64,000 bases of DNA, taken from IMG/VR virus record IMGVR_UViG_3300009378_000005, positions 1-64,000 of that record; one strand, written 5' to 3'. Position 1 is the first letter of the stretch, and each line of letters begins with the position of its first letter. Position numbers and translations under genes: made by a program. The DNA comes from an uncultured virus (IMG/VR IMGVR_UViG_3300009378_000005) (taxonomy: Duplodnaviria > Heunggongvirae > Uroviricota > Caudoviricetes). This document shows, piece after piece, positions 57,701-64,000 of this stretch. The notes under the pieces were generated by a model. It ran no database searches and was not told where the DNA came from. It saw only the letters and a program-made list of their open reading frames with translations.

Positions 57701-59696
57701 TTTCTTCAATTAGATCTCCAAGAGTAATGTTTCGTCCATCTTGCAGGAATAGAAGTGTGTTCAATGAGTTACAAAGCGGGTTGTAGCGCAAATCGACGCG
57801 CCCTGTGTCCTTGTCCACAACAGACGCCTTCTTTAGTGTCGACTGCACCTGCTCCATGTATGTGGGAATATCCTCTGGTGGGACATTTCCAACATCAACG
57901 TAGAAGACTCTTCTCTCAGGAGACCTAACGATCCTGTACACGAGCATCGCATCCTCAACAAGAATTAGCTGTCTCCAGATCCTTCTTGCAGACTCTAAAA
58001 CAGACGACCCGTAAGGAAGAAATGCATCATTTCCTAATAGTCTCATGTGTGAGACCTGCCAGTTCTCCAGCGCCTGGTTTCCCTGGGTTATCCACCTGAA
58101 TCTGACAGCTAGTGGGTCATCAGGATCATATCCCTCCTCCCTCTCGACCTCATTCACAGGCATCGGATATGCGTTGATAACACCGTGCTCAGGTGACACG
58201 TCATTAAAGAGAAAGAAGTCACCGTACTTGACAAGGCTCCTAACCCATGACGTCATGTTAAACTCAACATTCAAAGTATCGTAGAACAGCTCATGTAGTA
58301 GCTTCTTAATCGTCTGGTTGTCTGAGTGGATGTGTAGAACGTTTCCATGTTCATCTGCAGCAATTGACTCCTCAGAGTAGATATCCAGAGCTGAACTCAC
58401 CTCCGGTGTGTACTCCATTTCGCTGTTTGAAACAAAACACATCTCCTTTTTTGTACTTGTGTCACAGACAGCAAAATTGTGTGTTTTTGTTACAGTTATG
58501 TCAAATACCGGCTCTACTATGTGTGTATTAACTACATTTATGATCTTATGATTAACATACAATGATTCAAAATCATCAAATGACTTATATCCTTCCCATT
58601 TTAATCTATTTAAAACTTTATACTTAGATTGGTTAAGCTTTTTAGACAAAACCGTCAGTGTATCACCAGAAACATATTCATCATAAATATTTTGAGCTGT
58701 AAAAGATCTATCTGCATTTGCATTTTGTAACGCTTTTTGATCTTGCCTGCCTTTGTTTCCTGTACCGGGGGGGTTTGTTTTATTTCTAAGGATCGTTTCT
58801 GCAACATTTTTTCTATAACCGTCAGTTAGCTTTCTTTTCGCAAGATTTTCTTTTTGATTTTTACGAAGATCTCCTTCAAGAGACCATCTTAGTGTCATAT
58901 GGCTAGATTGCTTTTCTCTTTCTTTCGGATCTTCAAATCTTTTATTGTTGATTCTTGCATGCAATGCTAGGTGTTCCTTAGCATCCATTAGCTCAAGATT
59001 CTCTATTCTATTGTCTTCTTTTATAAAATTCTTATGATGAACATGTAATCCATCGGCCTTTTCTATTGAACGATTATTTGAATATTCTGCAACCAATACG
59101 TGCTCTGGCTTCCACCCCCTTGAAAAACCGTAAACCCAGCGATAATTTCCACCAGTTCTTTTAGAATCAAACTTCTTCCTGTAGAATGGCATAACAGCTG
59201 TATTGGGCTGGATCGCATCTGTTCGACAATACTCACCATTACGAAGCATAATCGGATGATTTCCCGTACATCTAAGTGTAGTACCATTATCAAACGTTAT
59301 TTCGTATATTTCATCTTCTACGGTTTGCCAGGCATTTTCTACAGGAGCTAATACAGTTGAATCTGTTTCTTTATCATATGAAAAGACACATACTGTTTCT
59401 CCATTTTCAAACTTAGATACAATATCTCGAATAGAGATTACACCTTCTTCAGTATTTGTTGCTATTAAAGTATCACCAGTCAAACAAAAATCCGAATACC
59501 TCGCCATTCTATCATACGTGCCATACGCAGACATTGCAGTGCTGTACACGTGACTCTGATTTCTTCGAAACATGTCAAATGCTGACGAGGTGCCGCTTCC
59601 GCTTTCAAAGTCCTTCACCCTTCTCTTGATTACAGGGCCGCTTCTAAATAGAAGTGTTAGCCTTCTAAATAGACTCTGTGAATTTTTATCAGCCAT
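54732..59696 (-). CDS. Portal protein (T4 gp20-like) with three inteins; mature protein ~681 aa
   Basis: SEMEYTPEVSSALDIY, LPYGSSVLE..WRQLILVEDAMLVYRIVRSPERRVFYVDVGN, EDYYLPVRG..IDTLAGG, KLFAALKIPKAYL, QEDIRFSRTI. Confidence 0.95.
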   Translation of the reverse strand: MADKNSQSLFRRLTLLFRSGPVIKRRVKDFESGSGTSSAFDMFRRNQSHVYSTAMSAYGTYDRMARYSDFCLTGDTLIATNTEEGVISIRDIVSKFENGETVCVFSYDKETDSTVLAPVENAWQTVEDEIYEITFDNGTTLRCTGNHPIMLRNGEYCRTDAIQPNTAVMPFYRKKFDSKRTGGNYRWVYGFSRGWKPEHVLVAEYSNNRSIEKADGLHVHHKNFIKEDNRIENLELMDAKEHLALHARINNKRFEDPKEREKQSSHMTLRWSLEGDLRKNQKENLAKRKLTDGYRKNVAETILRNKTNPPGTGNKGRQDQKALQNANADRSFTAQNIYDEYVSGDTLTVLSKKLNQSKYKVLNRLKWEGYKSFDDFESLYVNHKIINVVNTHIVEPVFDITVTKTHNFAVCDTSTKKEMCFVSNSEMEYTPEVSSALDIYSEESIAADEHGNVLHIHSDNQTIKKLLHELFYDTLNVEFNMTSWVRSLVKYGDFFLFNDVSPEHGVINAYPMPVNEVEREEGYDPDDPLAVRFRWITQGNQALENWQVSHMRLLGNDAFLPYGSSVLESARRIWRQLILVEDAMLVYRIVRSPERRVFYVDVGNVPPEDIPTYMEQVQSTLKKASVVDKDTGRVDLRYNPLCNSLNTLLFLQDGRNITLGDLIEERSNGQKDQWVYSIDRDGKKLAPGRVMWAGITKENAKLVRVHLDNNKWLDVTPDHKFMLRNGEYCEAQNLSENDALMPLYKRWSKKGDDKRVIDGYEMIYDPYSQNYVYTHRANIIAESGFEAIKGKVVHHVDFDKTNNSPNNLHPCTWKEHHKIHGDYCVERNKSSAGRKASRKNMINLWEAGKLNPEIYTKMWQNSEIREKRVNALTLKTNSELIHHVIQALNELTTSAREYEVRTWLNNDNNFTSYLRSLNENFENGFNDKLSKGQFIQQLRKNGFKNLREVKDYYASLRAPWKEIEIYASNSINISRNDIIRHFGISRYDFMRILQSHGYTGKSFDTTYLSGGKFNKPNSACRGCDTDIKSYKTFCSQDCYWTWMSGKTRSEMKQAASYANHKVVCVEVLDHTENVGAVTIEGYHNFATPGDSRCFSDDQRIESGVFIKNSVDEDYYLPVRGGESGTKIDTLAGGANATAIEDVEYIQKKLFAALKIPKAYLGYDEGLGAKATLCLRGNTEICLVDGRKLSILDIVNEFNDGKKLKVYSYDHDNKRTTFGNITNAWATKEVTELYRVTLDNGKIVECTDNHPFLMKDGLYTNAEDLSIGESPMTHCEDNLLEDNINSNHKIANIEIVKLDEPELVYDITVDTHHNFALAAEIFVHNSQEDIRFSRTIARIQRTIIAEMNKIAIIHLFCNGFEGEDLLDFTLQLSNPSTIAQQQKLELFRSRFEIAGSASGIEGLVDREWLRRNIFNMTDDEIDKISKGRFGDRLMDLKVEAVHLPGDEPEGADELAMGPESEEPEDEEPAVADLALAGDDRNSSGLDLLTSSGVREFDEIDLGSLSIRDETSPITAQGTVDRLSEVVDDDDDDDDKTPAEVEDEKRKRRRGRNNNDTDHSRIVSHDRNNASDSITHPFGMKQKRYQDRSDLRGLVRVSIPTLSEMDDAEFMDMIDDKIETQNKMTSDVRSSLKSLGNTISNRRRVISENDNSSEED
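55725..56180 (-). mobile_element. Portal intein 3, mini-intein (152 aa)
   Basis: KATL|CLRGNTEI..CTDNHPF..VYDITVDTHHNF..FVHN|SQED. Confidence 0.93.
56373..57773 (-). mobile_element. Portal intein 2 with HNH endonuclease (467 aa)
   Basis: YNPL|CNSLNT..VTPDHKF..THR..VHHVDFDKTNNSPNNL..YHNF..FIKN|SVDED. Confidence 0.9.
58425..59486 (-). mobile_element. Portal intein 1 with HNH endonuclease (354 aa)
   Basis: YSDF|CLTGDTLI..CTGNHPI..EHVLVAE..VHHKNFIKEDNRIENL..VFDITV..HNF..FVSN|SEMEY. Confidence 0.92.
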
Positions 59697-59710
59697 CTAT
59701 GTCCCTCTCT

Positions 59711-61336
59711 CTACTTATACACCCATTCCCACTCTGAGAGAATGTTTAGTTTCTTATTCCACTCACCTGACAGCTTGCTCTTTTTGAAGTCATCTGGCTG
59801 CACCTTTGGATCTCTTGTTGCAGAGCTATATGGCCTCCCTTCTGTGATCGCACCGGGCATGTCGTCGTATGTGTTTCTTGACACAGACATTGCCTTTAGC
59901 ATTGCGCTGTTAAGAGACGATGCTGTCTGACTGTACTCTGAAGATGCATCATATAGCCACATCGCGATGGCCATGCTCATAACTAGATCGTCATTGTACC
60001 CCTTCATCGCCTGTGCCTTTTGACCCTTCCACACGAACGTCTTTAGCTCGTCATAAAATCTCGTTGAGTAGATCTTTATCTGCTTATTCCTTATTACCTC
60101 TTCGAGTTTTGCAAGAATTAGATTTCTACTCTTTCCTGAGGTTGTGAATCCTGCGATATCACTATCCTTGCTGGGCACATAGTCCCCGACATACACTGCC
60201 TTTCTTCTCTTGTGATAAAGATTAGGATATTGCATTTCTTTTAGCTTTAAAACAGTTGCGTACCCATAGCTGTTATTTTCAGGGCATAGTAATGCCTTAT
60301 TATATCTGTGGCCGAACTCGTGTAAAAGCTCTGCAAACTTATCTGGGGGTATCTTTCCCTTATATTCTGCAACACACTCACCTTCTGTAACGTCTATCAC
60401 GTGAAATGTCGAATAGTCTCTTGAGTCACCTCTTGAGACGTCTGCAGATATGACATACTGATGCTCTGATAGCGGATATCTCCATATCCACACATTCATA
60501 TCATTGCCTGCCCTATCTATGGGAGGCTTGCACTCTAATCTTATCCAGTCTATCTCACTGTCTGACAGGAATGTCTCACCCGATGATGCGAAGTCACAGA
60601 GATACTCCTGAGAGATCTGTCTCTGCGATAGGTTTTTAGTTGTCTCATTAAACCACGTCTCATCTCTCTCTGGGTGGATGTTCCATGGAAGCTTTATCGA
60701 CCTGAACTCGTTTAATCCTGCCTCGGCATCAGTGTATAGCTTATAATACTGACCACCAACGCCATTGGGTGTTGATAGTATGATGACTCGACCACCTGTA
60801 GAGATCGTGGGATATAATCCCATCCACAGCTCATCAAAATTTCTAACGAATGCTGCCTCGTCGATGATGAGAAGAGATAGCGCCTCAGATCGACCGGCAT
60901 CGTCAGATGTCGGTATCGCCTTGATCGATGATCCGTGACTAAACTCTATCAGCTGCTTATTGTTTGTGACGATCTCAGGTAAGACTAACCACTTAGGCAG
61001 ACTTCTAATCATCGTCTTTACCTTGCTAATAAAATTTTGAGCAACTGATAATTTTGTTGCGATAATTAAAACATTCTTATCTTTCTGAAATAATGCCAGC
61101 CACACAGAGTAGGCTGCCACAAGAGTTGACATTCCTAGCTGTCTAGACTTAAGGATTATTGAAAATCTCTCATCAATAAATGTTTCAACACAGTCATCCT
61201 GAAACGGGTATGTGTCAAACTGTATTAGACCGCGAACAGGATGCTGTATTTTTAAATAGTTGTTAAAGAAGTATACAGGATCTTTACCAGACTTAACGAT
61301 CTCCTTTATCTGATTTGTCTTGTTTATTTTTGTCAT
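59711..61336 (-). CDS. terL: Terminase large subunit (T4 gp17-like)
   Basis: KSRQLGMST, LLIIDEAAF, LSTPNG, QEYLCDF, ISADVSRG, ENNSYG, NDDLVMS. Confidence 0.95.
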   Translation of the reverse strand: MTKINKTNQIKEIVKSGKDPVYFFNNYLKIQHPVRGLIQFDTYPFQDDCVETFIDERFSIILKSRQLGMSTLVAAYSVWLALFQKDKNVLIIATKLSVAQNFISKVKTMIRSLPKWLVLPEIVTNNKQLIEFSHGSSIKAIPTSDDAGRSEALSLLIIDEAAFVRNFDELWMGLYPTISTGGRVIILSTPNGVGGQYYKLYTDAEAGLNEFRSIKLPWNIHPERDETWFNETTKNLSQRQISQEYLCDFASSGETFLSDSEIDWIRLECKPPIDRAGNDMNVWIWRYPLSEHQYVISADVSRGDSRDYSTFHVIDVTEGECVAEYKGKIPPDKFAELLHEFGHRYNKALLCPENNSYGYATVLKLKEMQYPNLYHKRRKAVYVGDYVPSKDSDIAGFTTSGKSRNLILAKLEEVIRNKQIKIYSTRFYDELKTFVWKGQKAQAMKGYNDDLVMSMAIAMWLYDASSEYSQTASSLNSAMLKAMSVSRNTYDDMPGAITEGRPYSSATRDPKVQPDDFKKSKLSGEWNKKLNILSEWEWVYK

Positions 61337-61725
61337 TATTCACAGAGAAACCTTGTTGACCTTCTGTAATAGGCGACCTTCCTTGGTGTGTAAGGAGATG
61401 TTGTAATCATCTCGACACTGTCATCTGTATCCAGCTCTTTTAGCTTAAGAGATCTACTTACATCATTTTTGAATTCTTTTTTAATATTTTTGATGTATTC
61501 CTTGATTAACTTAACAGATTCTTCCTCAAAAACCTTAACCTGATCTCTCAGATTTCTTTCAGATGCTAGATGAACAACTGTGGTATATTTTAGTGTTAGT
61601 ACTTCTCCGGCGAGCGACCCTTTAATTGACATGGTTGGAGACTTTACAGTTGAGCTCTTGCCAAATGTGTCGTTTAAAATTTGTCCAATACAATTAGTTT
61701 CTTCAAAGTTTAGCATTATTATCAC
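61336..61725 (-). CDS. Hypothetical protein upstream of terminase
   Basis: ORF abuts the terL start; late motif upstream. Confidence 0.65.
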   Translation of the reverse strand: MIIMLNFEETNCIGQILNDTFGKSSTVKSPTMSIKGSLAGEVLTLKYTTVVHLASERNLRDQVKVFEEESVKLIKEYIKNIKKEFKNDVSRSLKLKELDTDDSVEMITTSPYTPRKVAYYRRSTRFLCE

Positions 61726-61747
61726 CCAATATAAGTATTTATCAAGT

Positions 61748-62026
61748 CTAGATTTGAAAACTAGGAGGAATTAGCTTTCTTTTTTTAATTTCCACATCTA
61801 GATCACGCTCTAACGGCCTCCAGCCTGCGATCCAGCGATCTCTATTTGGTTCGGCCCACTTGATAGCACAGTCTGAACAACATTTATATCTAGTGTAATA
61901 GACATCGTCATCAGAGTTATTCATCACAAATCTGCATACAGGACAGAATAAAGGGGTTATGTCTGACTCTCTTCCGTTAATGATGATAATTTCATCATCC
62001 ATGGAACACCATCGTATCCTTTTCAT
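61748..62026 (-). CDS. Small Cys-rich (zinc-binding) protein
   Basis: PLFCPVC..CCSDC..W...GWRP. Confidence 0.65.
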   Translation of the reverse strand: MKRIRWCSMDDEIIIINGRESDITPLFCPVCRFVMNNSDDDVYYTRYKCCSDCAIKWAEPNRDRWIAGWRPLERDLDVEIKKRKLIPPSFQI

Positions 62027-64000
62027 TTTTCAGTATCTCAAGAGAGTTATCAACAGCATCTTTTATCGCATCAACGTGTGATATAACTATGATATTCTTG
62101 AACCACTTCTTAAGAGACTCAAGTAATCTGCTACAGGCCTCAATGCTTGTCTCATCAAGCGCACCGAACCCCTCATCAATAATTAGCATATTTGTCTTTG
62201 GAAGAGAGCTAACGTTGATCAGTGCAACTCTCATTGCAAGTGATGCCATCATCTTTTCCATTCCAGATGCTAGCTCAATTATCCTCTTTGAGTCACCATA
62301 GTCAATAAAGATATCCATTGCATTAGATGCAGGATCTGCAACTAACTCAACTGTAAAACCTGTAACACCCTGGAGTATCTTTAATATCTCATCATTTATT
62401 AGGGGAAGCTGGGACATCATTATCTGGAGTGGGATTCCCTTTTTTGACATTGCCTGTATAAACATATCATACATCTTGAGATCCCTTCGTATCTTATTAA
62501 ATTCACTCTTTTCGCTCTTTAGCCTCGTTATCTCAACGTTGGCACGGGCTATCTCATTAGAACACGACAGCCTTTTTTCATCTAGGCGCTCTATCTCATC
62601 CCTTAGTGATGAAATGTTGCTTTTAAGTTTGATGCACTCTGATGATGACTCTTCGTCAACTACCCTTATAAGCATGTCATCTAAGATTTTTAAATTTTCA
62701 TCAACGATCCTTTCTGAATTTGATATCTTAGATTGCAACTCGCCCCTTTCAACTTCAAAGCTCGAAATTTTTCGAAGAATCTCGGCCTCCTTTTCAGAAA
62801 TCTTATCAAACTTTTTAATCTTATCTTCTACGTTCTCTAGCTTTATTTTTTCAAATGCTTTTGTTGCCTTGGTTAAATTTTTAGACATACTAGAGACAGC
62901 AAGCTTTTGTGACTCAATGCTCTTTTTATCCTTGTGAGAGTCTTTAATGAACTTACATGATGAAAACTCATCACCACACGGAACATCTAGTAGCTTTTTA
63001 ACAGATCGTTTCTGACGACTGAGTATGTTTTTTTGAACCTCGCACTCGTGCTCAAGTGAGAGCAAAGATTTTTCAAGAGACGTCTGTGATGCCAAACTCT
63101 CTCTAAGCTTCTTGATCGGAAAGTCATTCTTTACACACTTAATTCTTAGCATTCTTTCATTTTCTTTCTTTAGATTGTCACTTAAGACTCTTAGGTCTCT
63201 TTCATAACACTCTAGCTCATCTTTATTTTTGTTAACCTTCTCCCTGTGGTCTTTGACGTCAGACGGTGTAACAATATCAATTCCGCCTGTTGTTGCTAGC
63301 TCAATGCTTAGCCTCTCAAGGATTTCTCTTTTTGTCTTTATCGTACTCTCAGTATTCACAAGACTTTCTTTATTTTTTTCAATGATTGATGTTTGATCAT
63401 CAATTAACGAGTCCCAGTCCTCATGTTTCATCAGTCTGGCTTTTGATCGTGTATCAGATGAGTCATTTTTTGCAAAATCATGAAGCTTATCAAATATGTC
63501 TAGATCAAGAAAGTTTGTCAATATCATTTTTCTTGCAGTTGCCTTTTCTCTAATGAACGTATTCATCTGTCCCTGTGACGCAAGAGATGTCATTAAGAAA
63601 TCTTCTGATGTTCCTATCATATTTCTAACAATCTTTTCAGTGTTTCTTCGTTGCTCACCTGATAGGTCTGATACTATGTCGCCCGCGTCATCAATCTCAT
63701 ATAGGTAGAGGCTCGTTGTTGCATATGTGTCATTTTTTTTTGTTGTATTTTTGACAGTCTTTCTCTTTATTCTAAACTTTTTTCCATTCATGCTAAATTC
63801 AATTGTTGAGCTACAACTATTCTTTCTATTATTGATTACATGAATGTTTTTTATCGGACCTCTGTCTGTAGTGTTAAATAAACCATACATCAATGATCCA
63901 ATTATCGATGACTTTCCTTTTGTATTTTTTCCAAAGATTCCAGTTATTCCAGGAAGATTATCAAAATTTACCATATTTCCAGAACCGTATGCAAACGTAT
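61995..64000 (-). CDS. SbcC/Rad50/T4 gp46-like recombination ATPase (5' end outside the window)
   Basis: Walker A GKNTKGKSS, Q-loop SQG, coiled coils with a Cys hook, ASGME signature, IIDEGFGALD, VISH; frame stays open to the right edge. Confidence 0.92.
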   Translation of the reverse strand, partial: TFAYGSGNMVNFDNLPGITGIFGKNTKGKSSIIGSLMYGLFNTTDRGPIKNIHVINNRKNSCSSTIEFSMNGKKFRIKRKTVKNTTKKNDTYATTSLYLYEIDDAGDIVSDLSGEQRRNTEKIVRNMIGTSEDFLMTSLASQGQMNTFIREKATARKMILTNFLDLDIFDKLHDFAKNDSSDTRSKARLMKHEDWDSLIDDQTSIIEKNKESLVNTESTIKTKREILERLSIELATTGGIDIVTPSDVKDHREKVNKNKDELECYERDLRVLSDNLKKENERMLRIKCVKNDFPIKKLRESLASQTSLEKSLLSLEHECEVQKNILSRQKRSVKKLLDVPCGDEFSSCKFIKDSHKDKKSIESQKLAVSSMSKNLTKATKAFEKIKLENVEDKIKKFDKISEKEAEILRKISSFEVERGELQSKISNSERIVDENLKILDDMLIRVVDEESSSECIKLKSNISSLRDEIERLDEKRLSCSNEIARANVEITRLKSEKSEFNKIRRDLKMYDMFIQAMSKKGIPLQIMMSQLPLINDEILKILQGVTGFTVELVADPASNAMDIFIDYGDSKRIIELASGMEKMMASLAMRVALINVSSLPKTNMLIIDEGFGALDETSIEACSRLLESLKKWFKNIIVISHVDAIKDAVDNSLEILKNEKDTMVFHG

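Noticed and set aside
235..63708. Numerous plus-strand ORFs in the track
   Set aside because: They are antisense shadows of well-supported minus-strand genes with no recognisable motifs; only 31063..32718 is credible.
1..64000. CRISPR array, tRNAs, diversity-generating retroelement, stop-codon reassignment
   Set aside because: No regularly spaced repeat-spacer array, cloverleaf or reverse transcriptase was seen. Genes read through intact in the standard code and end in TAA, TAG and TGA.

Overview
This window is part of a large T4-like (contractile-tailed, probably jumbo) bacteriophage genome; nearly all genes are on the minus strand. In transcription order (right to left) it holds: a gp46/SbcC ATPase (cut by the window edge), terminase large subunit, portal with three inteins, prohead protease with a LAGLIDADG intein, scaffold, major capsid protein, an accessory island, neck proteins, two tandem tail sheath paralogs, tail tube, a probable frameshifted tail chaperone pair, tape measure, baseplate proteins, a replication/recombination block (minimal PolA, degenerate HD protein, gp32 SSB, RecA/UvsX, 5'-3' exonuclease, gp41 helicase, NrdJ), ClpP, an acyl-CoA thioesterase, an amidase endolysin and tail fibres. 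Two loci stand out. (1) recA is in three pieces: an atypically split intein plus, 15 nt downstream, a group I intron carrying an EDxHD/Vsr-like endonuclease, so intact RecA would need both RNA splicing and protein trans-splicing. (2) A self-contained unit of about 690 nt of highly structured non-coding RNA (sigma70-like promoter, rrn-type boxA, long-range end pairing, intrinsic terminator) lies just downstream of the capsid gene and a nuclease-less zinc-finger/NUMOD3 gene. Family assignments come from motifs recognised by eye; no database searches were run.
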